The notes beneath the pieces are model-generated. The model was not told where the DNA came from. It made no database searches and saw nothing but the letters and a program-made list of their open reading frames with translations. Shown one piece after another: positions 36,160 through 45,639 of a stretch of 64,000 nucleotides of DNA. The stretch lies in assembly GCA_964362365.1 (NCBI GenBank), contig CAYIEF010000001.1, forward strand, positions 4,207 through 68,206. The letters run 5' to 3'. The DNA comes from an uncultured Methanosarcinales archaeon (GTDB lineage: Archaea > Nanobdellota > Nanobdellia > Woesearchaeales > GW2011-AR9). Position numbers and translations under genes: made by a program. The stretch's first letter is position 1, and the number at the start of each line of letters is the position of its first letter.

Positions 36160-36214
36160 CTTATCCTTTTAAAGAGTAAATGAAAGTGGGTGTTGCTTCC
36201 AAGAGGAATAACCC
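36160..36214 (+). promoter_or_regulatory. putative promoter and ribosome-binding region of the Ehr-like operon
   Basis: TATA-like CCTTTTAAAGAG about 45 nt upstream of the ATG. GAGGA Shine-Dalgarno-like 8 nt before the start codon. Confidence 0.3.
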
Positions 36215-38155
36215 ATGTTGATCCAACATTTATACCTTAGCGCCTTGATGTTACTGCTTGCCGGGTCAATTCTTCCTTTTGTTTATGGCAAAAGAGTAGT
36301 GCGGTGGTTATCCCAGAGTCTTATGCTGCTGGGGAATACCATATTAGTTTTCTCTTCTTTGACCATTCTCCTCACCACGCAAACGCTGTCCTGGAATGTA
36401 CACAGATGGATACCGTTTTTCTCCTTCACCATAGATAAACTTGCGGCCTTTTTCATCCTTCTTACGGCAGTAGTGTCCTTATGCATAGGTATCTATTCTT
36501 TTTCCTACACCGAATACCTTCATGGCCGAAAAGAAGTCTTTATTTTTCTCACGGGTTTGTTTACTCTCTCACTGGTGCTGGTAGTCTCTTCTTCTTCATT
36601 GCTGGCCTTTCTTTTTTTCTGGGAAATGATGTCCCTCACTTCATTTTTTCTGGTGATGACCGAATACGAAAAAAAAGAAACGCAAAAAGCGGGGATTTTT
36701 TATTTCGTTATGACCCAGTTTGGCACGCTATTTATAATGTTAGCCTTCTTCTTGATCTATCAGCATACCGGTTCCCTGAATATCGAGCAATTGCATAAAC
36801 TTCCTTCTGGTCTTGCCAATATTATATTTGTTTCATTATTCATCGGCTTTGGCACAAAGGCGGGGGTTATTCCTTTTCACAAATGGCTGCCTTATGCACA
36901 TCCCGCCAGCCCTTCACCAACGTCGGCGCTGATGTCCGGCGTTATGATAAAAATTGCCATCTATGGACTGGTGAGGTTCATGCTTCTCTTTCCCGAGCAA
37001 AAATTATGGTGGGGAGTGTTTATTTTAATTTTGGGAACAATCTCGGCTTTCCTGGGAGTTATCTATGCGTTGAAAGAACATGACTTAAAACAGTTGCTGG
37101 CATACCACAGCATAGAAAATATCGGCATAATCCTTATGGCCATTGGTTTGCATGTAATCTTCCAGTTTTTTGCTCTGGAGCAATGGGCGGTGGTTGCTTT
37201 TGGCGCGGCGCTTTTTCATACTCTGAATCATGCCCTGTTTAAGAGCCTGCTATTCCTAAGCGCCGGATCAGTAGTTCAGGCCACGCATACCAGGAACATC
37301 GAGGAAATGGGAGGACTAATAAAAAAGATGCCCTACACGGCATTCTTGTTTTTGATCGGCGCCGTATCTATTTCAGCACTGCCCCCATTCAATGGTTTTG
37401 CCAGCGAACTAATGGTTTTTGAAGTATTATTTCGGTCCAATTTAATTCCTCTTCCCTCCATCAAAGTATTGTTATTTTTATCTTTATCTTTGTTTGCCAT
37501 GACCAGTGCGCTGGCGGCAGCATGCTTCGTAAAAGCGTTTGGTGCGGTTTTCCTTGCTCTTCCAAGATCAAAAGAAGCAGCGGAAGCAAAAGAGGCGCCA
37601 ACCCCCATGCTTTTGGGCCCAGCAGTTTTAGCTCTTTTATGTATGGGTTTAGGAGTTTTCTCTTTCCAGATATTTTCCGTTATCGGAAAAAACATTGGCT
37701 ATGAGTTTCCTCTTCCAAATTTATGGTACGTTTTCCTGGCATTGGCAATTTTCACCGTTCTGGTCATCATCATGGTGCGTTTATTCGCTTCCAGGAAAAG
37801 CAGGGTAAGTGAAACCTGGGGTTGTGGAATTCTTTCGCAGAACTCCAGAATGGAATATACTGCTTCCGGGTTCTCTGAGCCGATAGTCACTATTTTTAGT
37901 TCCATTTATCGCACTAAAAAAAGAGCTCAAAAATCTTTCTATGACCAAAACCAAGTGGTGTTTAAGGAAGGACATGCTGAGATTACACTGGTAAAATTTT
38001 TTGAAGAATACTTATACCTGCCCCTAGTCAGAATTGTACAACGCATCTCCGCATATCTCTATACGCTGCAGAATAAAGTAGAATTAGACTCGTACATCCT
38101 CTATAGTTTCATTACCATCATTATCTTGATGCTGATTGCCGGCGGAGTAATATGA
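36215..38155 (+). CDS. HyfB/NuoL/MrpA-like proton-antiporter-type membrane subunit
   Basis: 646 aa, at least 16 TM helices, WLPYAHPASPSPTSALMSGVMIKIAIYGL antiporter-module signature. Confidence 0.85.
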   Translation: MLIQHLYLSALMLLLAGSILPFVYGKRVVRWLSQSLMLLGNTILVFSSLTILLTTQTLSWNVHRWIPFFSFTIDKLAAFFILLTAVVSLCIGIYSFSYTEYLHGRKEVFIFLTGLFTLSLVLVVSSSSLLAFLFFWEMMSLTSFFLVMTEYEKKETQKAGIFYFVMTQFGTLFIMLAFFLIYQHTGSLNIEQLHKLPSGLANIIFVSLFIGFGTKAGVIPFHKWLPYAHPASPSPTSALMSGVMIKIAIYGLVRFMLLFPEQKLWWGVFILILGTISAFLGVIYALKEHDLKQLLAYHSIENIGIILMAIGLHVIFQFFALEQWAVVAFGAALFHTLNHALFKSLLFLSAGSVVQATHTRNIEEMGGLIKKMPYTAFLFLIGAVSISALPPFNGFASELMVFEVLFRSNLIPLPSIKVLLFLSLSLFAMTSALAAACFVKAFGAVFLALPRSKEAAEAKEAPTPMLLGPAVLALLCMGLGVFSFQIFSVIGKNIGYEFPLPNLWYVFLALAIFTVLVIIMVRLFASRKSRVSETWGCGILSQNSRMEYTASGFSEPIVTIFSSIYRTKKRAQKSFYDQNQVVFKEGHAEITLVKFFEEYLYLPLVRIVQRISAYLYTLQNKVELDSYILYSFITIIILMLIAGGVI

Positions 38156-38159
38156 AATT

Positions 38160-39101
38160 ATGAAATCCATTTTACTTTATGCCGTCGTAAATGTATTGGT
38201 AATCTTGTTATTGGCACCTTTATATTTATCGTTAATTAAAAAAGTTAAAGCTAAAACTCAGAGAAGAAAAGGTCCACTTTTACTGCAATCTTACTACAAT
38301 CTATTTAAATTATTCAAGAAGGAAGCAGTATATTCTCAGAATTCTTCGTGGATTATGCGCGTTTCACCCTATCTCAATATCGTTTGCCTGCTGGTAGCAG
38401 CATTGTTTGTCCCGATATTATTCATCCCCGCAACAGGAAGCTGGCTGGGCAATATTATTTTGTTTTTATATCTTCTGGCTCTGGCCAAGTTTTTTATGGC
38501 CTTAGGGGGCCTGGATGCAGGAAGCACCTTCGGGGGGATGGGGAGCTCCCGAGAAATGACCCTCTCGTCTCTGGTTGAACCCGTCGCCATACTTGTTTTT
38601 GCCGCGCTCGCTTTTGTATTCCAGAGCACTAACTTTTTTGATATTTTTCGCCAAACTATTCAATCCACGCCGGCAGAGGTAAACCCTTCTCTGGTATTAT
38701 TAGGAATTTCATTGTTCATCGTTTTGATTACCGAAACTGCGCGAGTTCCTGTTGATAATCCAGAAACACACTTGGAATTGACCATGGTGCACGAAGCAAT
38801 GATCCTGGAACAGTCAGGCAGAAATTTAGCCCTGCTCGAAATATCCGCTTCAATAAAACAGCTTTTGCTCATGGGAATTTTAATTAACGTATTCCTTCCC
38901 TGGGGTTTAAGCCCAAAAGCAGCCGTTTGGGGAATGGCGATTTCCTTGGGATTATTCTTAGTAAAAAGCACTTTCCTGGCAGTATTTATGGGGCTGTTTG
39001 AGTCCTATTTTGCAAAACTGCGCTTGTTCCGTCTGCCGATCTTATATTCTCTGGCATTTTTCCTGACTTTAATTACCATTTTTCTGGAGGTCTTGCTATG
39101 A
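38160..39101 (+). CDS. HyfC/HycD/NuoH-like membrane subunit
   Basis: 313 aa. ETARVPVDNPETHLELTMVHEAMILEQSGRNLALLE matches the NuoH/HycD conserved loop. Confidence 0.85.
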   Translation: MKSILLYAVVNVLVILLLAPLYLSLIKKVKAKTQRRKGPLLLQSYYNLFKLFKKEAVYSQNSSWIMRVSPYLNIVCLLVAALFVPILFIPATGSWLGNIILFLYLLALAKFFMALGGLDAGSTFGGMGSSREMTLSSLVEPVAILVFAALAFVFQSTNFFDIFRQTIQSTPAEVNPSLVLLGISLFIVLITETARVPVDNPETHLELTMVHEAMILEQSGRNLALLEISASIKQLLLMGILINVFLPWGLSPKAAVWGMAISLGLFLVKSTFLAVFMGLFESYFAKLRLFRLPILYSLAFFLTLITIFLEVLL

Positions 39102-39796
39102 ATGCGGTTATGAATGTAGTTCTTTTTGAAGGCTTAGTAAAATTGTTTTTAGTCGTGGTGGTAGTTTCAACCGCGTTTATCCTTACTGGAAAGGATCTTC
39201 TGGCCTTATTCCGCACCTATGCGCTGCAGTCCGTGTTTATTGCTGCAGTTGCCTTTATCTTGTTCCTGCAGGAAAGAAATATGATTTTGTTGTACACAGC
39301 CATGCTGACTCTGGTAAGCAAGGGAATAATAATCCCAAAGCTGTTGCAAAAAGTGCAAAAAAGCATGAATGTTCGCCGGGATATAGAATTCCATTATCTG
39401 CAGCCAAGCGGATCAATCTTCTTGAGCATAATCTTGCTTTTAGTAGTACACCTAATTTTTTTAAAGATTATGCGTGATGTTACCACCAGCAGCTTGTTTC
39501 ATACAGGATTGGTAGTGGGTGTTTCGTTAACCTTCATAGGAATGCTCATTATTTTCAGCCGCAGAAAGATCATCAGTAAAATTGTCGGATACCTAACCAT
39601 GGAGAATGGGGCAGTATTGTTCAGCTTGTTTATGGGCGAATTGCCGCTTCTTATTGAAGTGCTGGTGCTGATGGACTTAATGGTGCTGGTGCTCGTTGCT
39701 GCTATGCTAGCCTTCGGCATGGACTCTTCTATTGAAGATTTCCACTACAAATTAAATCCCTTTCGGAGATGGTTTAAAGGAGGGAAGGAAGTATGA
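39098..39796 (+). CDS. HyfE-like small membrane subunit
   Basis: 232 aa, 6-7 TM helices, TMENG motif. ATGA coupling on both sides. Confidence 0.7.
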   Translation: MNAVMNVVLFEGLVKLFLVVVVVSTAFILTGKDLLALFRTYALQSVFIAAVAFILFLQERNMILLYTAMLTLVSKGIIIPKLLQKVQKSMNVRRDIEFHYLQPSGSIFLSIILLLVVHLIFLKIMRDVTTSSLFHTGLVVGVSLTFIGMLIIFSRRKIISKIVGYLTMENGAVLFSLFMGELPLLIEVLVLMDLMVLVLVAAMLAFGMDSSIEDFHYKLNPFRRWFKGGKEV

Positions 39797-41241
39797 TTGA
39801 AAACATTATCATCATCGCAGTCATCATCGCGGCTATTGCATTGATAGCAGTTATTGCTTCGCGCTCCATCCGCATTATGAACGCAAGTACAATTATTCAC
39901 TCTTTTGCCACTATGGTATTGGCAGGATATGCCCTCAGCACAGTAAAGTTGCCGCTTTTTTTCCTGAAAAACCGCTATTTTTTTCTGGATGCTCTTGGCA
40001 TTTACGAAATTTTCATTACTGGCTGCATATTTTTCCTCGCGGCCATCTATGCAAAAGGATACATGCATAGTTTAATAAAAGCTGGAGAACTTGATCCCAA
40101 AAATGCAAAATTATTTTATGTGGTCTTCAATTTGCTGCTGCTGTCTGTAGTTTTAGCATTTAGTGCAAATAACTTAGCTTTGTTGTGGATTTTTGTTGAG
40201 CTCACCACGGTTCTTTCTGCCATCCTCATTGTGGTGTTAAATGCCAAAGAAAATATCACCGCAGCAATCAAATATGTATTCATCACTTCAACTGCAATGA
40301 TCTTTTCGTTTATGGGCTTGATACTTTTATTCTTCTCCAGCAGGCAAGGGCTGGAAGAGGCAACCTTAAACTGGGATATGTTATTGCAAGGGGCGCAACA
40401 ACTGCCGCCGCAATTATTGCTTTTCTCCTTTGTCCTTATTTTTGTGGGCTTTGCGGCAAAATCAGGAGTCGCTCCCTTTCATACCTGGCTCCCTGCAGCA
40501 TACTCTAAAGCGCCTTCAGATGTAAGCGTGCTGCTTTCTGGAAGCGTTTCTATGATCGGGGTTTACGCTATCCTTCGCATCTATTCATTAACTGCGCATA
40601 CGGTCGTGCATCCTTTTGCTTCCAAATTCCTGCTGGCATTTGGAGTTCTTAGCATAGGTATAGCTGCTCTAAGCATGTTGGTTCGAACCAATGTAAAAAA
40701 GATAATCGCTTTTTCCAGCATAGAGCATGTGGGAATAATGCTGCTGGGCATGGGAATAGGAAATATTGTCTGGATGGTATACCATCTACTGGCGCATGCC
40801 TTGGCTAAAGCGCTGCTCTTTTTTTCCGCAGGAATCATTCATCGCCAATACCAGAGCAACAAGATTGAAGCAATATACAATTTGTTTGAACTCCAGCCTT
40901 TCGCATCCTGGGGATTGATCATCGGCAGTGCTGCCGTGATAGGAATGCCCCTGCTTCCACTCTTCATCTCAAAATTTTTTATCCTTGCGGATTTGGCGAA
41001 CGTTTCCTTACTGCTGTTATTGGCGGTATTGGTTTTGTTATTGATAGCCTCAGGTTCTTTTGCCTGGTTCATGATACAGATGATGCAAATCAAAGAAAAT
41101 GTTTTACCCAAGTATCGTGCTCCCGCAAGCATGAAAATGGCCTTGTTCATTTTAATCGCGCTTTTATTGGCATTAGGCCTGTATGTTCCTGATAAGCTCT
41201 ATGCAATATTAGAAAAAATAGTTGTCCAACTAGGGTTATGA
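39793..41241 (+). CDS. HyfF/NuoN/NuoM-like antiporter-type membrane subunit
   Basis: 482 aa. WLPAAYSKAPSDVSVLLSGSVSMIGVYAILR antiporter signature. Confidence 0.85.
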   Translation: MIENIIIIAVIIAAIALIAVIASRSIRIMNASTIIHSFATMVLAGYALSTVKLPLFFLKNRYFFLDALGIYEIFITGCIFFLAAIYAKGYMHSLIKAGELDPKNAKLFYVVFNLLLLSVVLAFSANNLALLWIFVELTTVLSAILIVVLNAKENITAAIKYVFITSTAMIFSFMGLILLFFSSRQGLEEATLNWDMLLQGAQQLPPQLLLFSFVLIFVGFAAKSGVAPFHTWLPAAYSKAPSDVSVLLSGSVSMIGVYAILRIYSLTAHTVVHPFASKFLLAFGVLSIGIAALSMLVRTNVKKIIAFSSIEHVGIMLLGMGIGNIVWMVYHLLAHALAKALLFFSAGIIHRQYQSNKIEAIYNLFELQPFASWGLIIGSAAVIGMPLLPLFISKFFILADLANVSLLLLLAVLVLLLIASGSFAWFMIQMMQIKENVLPKYRAPASMKMALFILIALLLALGLYVPDKLYAILEKIVVQLGL

Positions 41242-41263
41242 AGGATCTGAGGGAAGAAAAACT

Positions 41264-42826
41264 ATGAATAGCTTGAAAACAGAATTGAAATACCTTTTCG
41301 GCTCTATGAAGTTCGAAGAAAAGAACGCTGGAGAGATACATATAGAAGCTGGAGAAGATGATTTTCTTCGCATTATTCCTGCGCTCGCTGAGAAAAAATG
41401 CATCCTCATTGATTTATTTGCTGTGGAAAATTTTGACAGCACAAAAAATATATTTTTATTGTACGTCTTTGAAAAGAGAGGCTGCTCTGAGGTGCTCATC
41501 CTTCAACGCAAAGTAAGTATGAAAACTTCTTCTATTGCTACGACCTTCCCTTCAGCATGCTGGTATGAACGAGAAATAACTGACGGATTCGGCATTGAAT
41601 TTACTGGAGCTTTTGATACCCGCCGGTTATTCCTGCATGAGATTTATCCCCAAGATTTTCATCCATTACGTAAATCTTTGGTGAATAAGCCTATGAAGAT
41701 GCAGGAATCAATCCCGCAAACTGAGGAATATAAGTTTAAGGAAATGCGTGGAGAAGGAGTCTATCAGATTCCAGTCGGCCCGGTCCATGCGGGAATTATT
41801 GAGCCGGGACATTTTCGCTTCAGCGTCATTGGAGAAACAATCTTTAATTTGGAAGTGCGGATGTTCTGGAAGCATAGAGGGATAGAAAAATTAGCCGAGA
41901 ATAAAAAGCCGCAAGAAGTTATAGCGTTAGCAGAAGCTATAAGTGGTGATGAAACAATAGCGAACTCCTTAGCATACTGTGTCGCAGTGGAAAAGATTTG
42001 TTCGGTCAAAATACCGCCCCGCGCTTTGTACCTGCGAACACTTTTTGCGGAGATGGAACGGATCTACGCTCTTTTAGGAGACTTGGCGGGAATGATCATT
42101 GATGTAGCCTATCCCGCCGGTGCAAGCCCCCTTTTTATTTTGCGGGAAGAAATGTTGCGCTGGAATGAACGAGTAAGCGGTTCACGATTTTTTAAGAATG
42201 CCCTGCAGATAGGGGGAGTTAAGGCCGATGTTGGCAATGAAACATTAGAAGAACTAATTCAATACTTACGTGCTTTCTCCATACGTTTGAAACAGGCAGC
42301 AGATCAAGCTGTCCGCTTTACTTCTGTATTCGATCGGTTGGAAATGGCGGGAGTTGTAAAAAAAGAATTAGTAGATTCTTTGAATTTAAGCGGACCCTTG
42401 GCGAGAGCTTCTGGAGCTGCTGCTGATGTGAGAATTGATCATCCTTATGGCTTGTATTTTAAAATAGCCCCCCACAACTTTGTTTTGGAACAAGGAGATG
42501 TGTTAGCGAGATTCAGAGTGAAAGTTGCCACCATTATAAACTCGATCAATATAATTCAAAAAATAATCAGGGAGATGCCGCAGGGAGAAATTACTGCTGC
42601 ATATACGCTCAAAAACGGCTTGGCGTTGTCTCTGGTGGAGTCCGCGCGCGGGCAGAATGTTCATTTTGTTTATATACAAAAAGGAGCAATTAGCCGTTAC
42701 AAAGTCAGGACCGCTTCCTTTTGCAACTGGCAGGCAATTGAGCATGCAGTTCTTGGGAATATAATTCCTGACTTTCCGCTCATTAACAAAAGCATGAATT
42801 TATCGTATGCTGGTACGGATATGTAG
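41264..42826 (+). CDS. NuoC-NuoD fusion / HycE-like 'large subunit' homolog lacking all NiFe-ligand cysteines
   Basis: N-terminal NuoC-like domain plus NuoD-like domain (VGPVHAGIIEPGHFRF...HRGIEKL). The RxCGxC position reads AISGDE. The C-terminal DPCxxC position reads DFPLINKSM. Confidence 0.85.
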   Translation: MNSLKTELKYLFGSMKFEEKNAGEIHIEAGEDDFLRIIPALAEKKCILIDLFAVENFDSTKNIFLLYVFEKRGCSEVLILQRKVSMKTSSIATTFPSACWYEREITDGFGIEFTGAFDTRRLFLHEIYPQDFHPLRKSLVNKPMKMQESIPQTEEYKFKEMRGEGVYQIPVGPVHAGIIEPGHFRFSVIGETIFNLEVRMFWKHRGIEKLAENKKPQEVIALAEAISGDETIANSLAYCVAVEKICSVKIPPRALYLRTLFAEMERIYALLGDLAGMIIDVAYPAGASPLFILREEMLRWNERVSGSRFFKNALQIGGVKADVGNETLEELIQYLRAFSIRLKQAADQAVRFTSVFDRLEMAGVVKKELVDSLNLSGPLARASGAAADVRIDHPYGLYFKIAPHNFVLEQGDVLARFRVKVATIINSINIIQKIIREMPQGEITAAYTLKNGLALSLVESARGQNVHFVYIQKGAISRYKVRTASFCNWQAIEHAVLGNIIPDFPLINKSMNLSYAGTDM

Positions 42827-42833
42827 GTGAAAA

Positions 42834-43355
42834 ATGGCAAGTGCAATTGGTAACGTATGGAAGTCAACAGTGACGGAAGAATTCAAATTTCGAGATGAGG
42901 AGTTCGAGCAGCTGGGGATAAAACTCAAAAGAGATATTGATTCCATATTTGGAAGAAGTTTGGCTATTAGAGAAGTAGATACGGGAAGCGATAACTCTCC
43001 GGAGATTGAATTAGTAAATTTGACAACTCCTTACTATGATGTAGAGCGATTTGGGATTACCTTTGTAGCTTCGCCCCGCCATGCGGATGTTTTAATAGTT
43101 ACTGGTCCGGTTACCTGGAATATGGCCACAGCGTTGCGAAAAACCTATGATGCTACGCCATCACAAAAACTGGTTATTGCTTTAGGCGATGATGCTTGTG
43201 ATGGGGGATTATTCAAAGGAAGTTATGCGGTTTTAGGGGGAGTCGATAAAGCCATTCCTGTCGACGTAAAAATTCCTGGAAATCCTCCTGCACCGAAAGA
43301 AATCTTAAAAGGATTATTAGCGCTTATGAAAAAAATAAGGGAAAGAGACTCTTAG
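42834..43355 (+). CDS. NuoB/HycG-like 'small subunit' homolog lacking three of four [4Fe-4S] cysteines
   Basis: SPRHADVLIVTGPVTWNMATALRKTYDATP...VIALGDDACDGG...IPVDVKIPGNPPAP is clearly NuoB-fold. The CCxxE site reads TGSDNSPE and the CPP site reads NPP. One Cys remains. Confidence 0.8.
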   Translation: MASAIGNVWKSTVTEEFKFRDEEFEQLGIKLKRDIDSIFGRSLAIREVDTGSDNSPEIELVNLTTPYYDVERFGITFVASPRHADVLIVTGPVTWNMATALRKTYDATPSQKLVIALGDDACDGGLFKGSYAVLGGVDKAIPVDVKIPGNPPAPKEILKGLLALMKKIRERDS

Positions 43356-43419
43356 TAATATTCATAAAAATGTTACCATGATTTTGCGGAAAGTTAATTA
43401 ATTCTTGTTCTTGCTGTAA

Positions 43420-44157
43420 TCAGCGCTGAAGAGTGCTGAAGAAAACAAGATTATCTGCAATAAGCTGCGTCTGGCGCAAAACCGCCCCCAAGCCCAGCAG
43501 CCTGGCGTAACTATCAAAGATTTGTTCAGGATCATTCTTTAATTCATCAGCAATGTTGGTAAGATGCTTTAAAGATTCCAATGCGTATTTCCTGTAGCGT
43601 TGAATCTGCTCCTTTGTTCCGATCATATAATTTTCGGCTAATTCAGCAACACGATCCCTAAACGACTGATCATCCCGCGGATGTTCGTAGCCGGGATATC
43701 CTACTGCGCCGCCAACGGTTTGGTCCAGCGCAAAATTCCAGCATTTCTCAAAATAGGGCATCTCTGGAACCCAGTTTGCGGCGTCGCCGCCAACTTGGCC
43801 AAGGCCGTAGATGAGCTTTTCTTTTTTTGGTTTTCGATAATGTAATCCTAGTTTATCAATATCAACATCAACATGTACAGCCATATGCTGCCTTTTTCCG
43901 CCCCCAACTCCTGCATACCAAAACTGAACGAGAAAGTGAGTAAACATATAGAGATTGTTTTGGTCGGCGAGATATTTTTGAAGACTTATACCCCCATCAA
44001 CGGTTAGATAATTTCCTGATTGCTTGACAATATGCTTTACCAAATCCCAATTAAACTCTCCAAAGTTCTCAACATTAGTATCTAATTTTTTTCCTGAAGA
44101 AAAGAACATTATTTCTTTATTGAGGATTAAATTTTCCAGGGAAAGAGTTGAAGCCAT
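43420..44157 (-). CDS. hypothetical protein
   Basis: 245-aa ORF convergent on the operon end. No family recognised. Confidence 0.5.
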   Translation of the reverse strand: MASTLSLENLILNKEIMFFSSGKKLDTNVENFGEFNWDLVKHIVKQSGNYLTVDGGISLQKYLADQNNLYMFTHFLVQFWYAGVGGGKRQHMAVHVDVDIDKLGLHYRKPKKEKLIYGLGQVGGDAANWVPEMPYFEKCWNFALDQTVGGAVGYPGYEHPRDDQSFRDRVAELAENYMIGTKEQIQRYRKYALESLKHLTNIADELKNDPEQIFDSYARLLGLGAVLRQTQLIADNLVFFSTLQR

Positions 44158-44212
44158 ACGGCTGAGAAAGAAGAAGAATTATTTAAGCTTTCTTATTCAA
44201 TTATTTTTCAAT

Positions 44213-45511
44213 TTATGGCTTATACCTCTCCATAGTCCTCGGAAATGGTATGGCATCTTTCACCGTTTCCAGACCGCAAATCCAGGCGATTAATCGTTCC
44301 ACCCCTAAACCAAAGCCGCCATGAGGAACACTGCCATATCTTCTCGTATCTAAATAAAATTCATACTGCTTGGGGTCTTCACCCTGAGCAATCAAGCGTT
44401 TCTTGATTTTCTCCAAATCATGCTCTCGGTGAGAGCCGCCGACAATCTCTCCATAACCTTCCGGAGCCAGCACATCACAGCCCTGGACAACTTTCGGATT
44501 TTTTGGATCTTCCGTCATATAAAATGCCTTCACTGCTTTAGGATAATGAGTGACAATAACCGGAACATCATAAAGTTTAGTCAATTTCTCTTCTTCAATG
44601 GTTCGCAAATCTTTGCCCCACTGCACTTTCATCTTGCACTTTTGATCCAGAATCTTCAGGGCTTCATCATAGGTCATGCGCACAAATGGCTTTTTCATGG
44701 AAGGTTTTAATTTTTTCAGGTCGCGCTGTAAAATGTTCAGTTCCATTTTGTTTTGTTCCAGAACCTTCTTTACCACGTGTTTGATCAAACCTTCCGCATG
44801 GTCTTGTATATCCTTGAATTCCGCCCAGGCTATCTCCGTTTCCGCATGCCAATACTCAGTTAAATGACGGGAAGTCTTGCTTTTCTCCGCCCGAAAGCTG
44901 GGAGAGATGGTGTAAATTTTTTCCAAGGCAAAAATAGCCGGCTCTGCATACAACTGCCAGGTCTGCCCTAAGAAGACATCCTTTTTGTCGAAGTAATCCA
45001 CGCTGAATAATTCTGCTCCCCCTTCCGCCTGCACCGCTTGGAAAATAGGAGAATGATATTCATAAAATCCCTGCTCTCTGAAATATTCGTGAATAGCATT
45101 GAAAACAGTGCTTCTGACCTTCAAAATAGCAATCATCTTCTGGCTGCGCAGCCACAAATGGCGGTTGTCGGCCAGGAATTCTACAGATTGATCTTTGGTA
45201 ATCGGATAGTTTTCACTTATTCCAACTAGATGATATGATTCTACCTGTATTTCGTAACCGGTGGGAGCACGGTCATCTTTTTTTATTTGTCCAGTAATTT
45301 CTAAAGAAGCTTCTACTTGGAAACGGTCGATTTCATCCCATTTCTTGTCAAATTTTTCCCGCTCAAAAATACATTGGATTATATTGCTGGAATCCCTCAG
45401 TACCACGAACTTATATTTGTTGCTGCCTCTTTCGCGATGGATCCAACCTCTAACAGAAACTTTTCCCGAGCCTTTCTTCATCGCTTCCTGGATGGAGAGG
45501 TATTGCGCCAT
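44213..45511 (-). CDS. asnS: asparaginyl-tRNA synthetase (archaeal type)
   Basis: Class II motifs FRAE and GFGLGVERL. C-terminal GYGEIVGGSHRE...YEFYLDTRRYGSVPHGGFGLGVERLIAW...FPRT matches AsnRS rather than AspRS (comparison from memory). Confidence 0.8.
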   Translation of the reverse strand: MAQYLSIQEAMKKGSGKVSVRGWIHRERGSNKYKFVVLRDSSNIIQCIFEREKFDKKWDEIDRFQVEASLEITGQIKKDDRAPTGYEIQVESYHLVGISENYPITKDQSVEFLADNRHLWLRSQKMIAILKVRSTVFNAIHEYFREQGFYEYHSPIFQAVQAEGGAELFSVDYFDKKDVFLGQTWQLYAEPAIFALEKIYTISPSFRAEKSKTSRHLTEYWHAETEIAWAEFKDIQDHAEGLIKHVVKKVLEQNKMELNILQRDLKKLKPSMKKPFVRMTYDEALKILDQKCKMKVQWGKDLRTIEEEKLTKLYDVPVIVTHYPKAVKAFYMTEDPKNPKVVQGCDVLAPEGYGEIVGGSHREHDLEKIKKRLIAQGEDPKQYEFYLDTRRYGSVPHGGFGLGVERLIAWICGLETVKDAIPFPRTMERYKP

Positions 45512-45639
45512 AATCCTCGTAGATAAAGGGAGGGTATAAAAATGTTTTTGTGGGGTTTCGGCTTGGTTTTAGGTTAAGCAGTAAAAGACTAAAGAAAATT
45601 ATATATATCAGTAACATAACTGAGGACTAGGTGTAGGAA

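Noticed and set aside
41264-43355. Calling the operon a functional [NiFe] energy-converting hydrogenase (Hyf/Ech/Mbh) or a complex I-like quinone reductase
   Set aside because: Neither CxxC pair of the large subunit is present, and 3 of 4 proximal-cluster Cys of the small subunit are absent. No ferredoxin-like subunit is encoded. The homology is real but catalysis is implausible.
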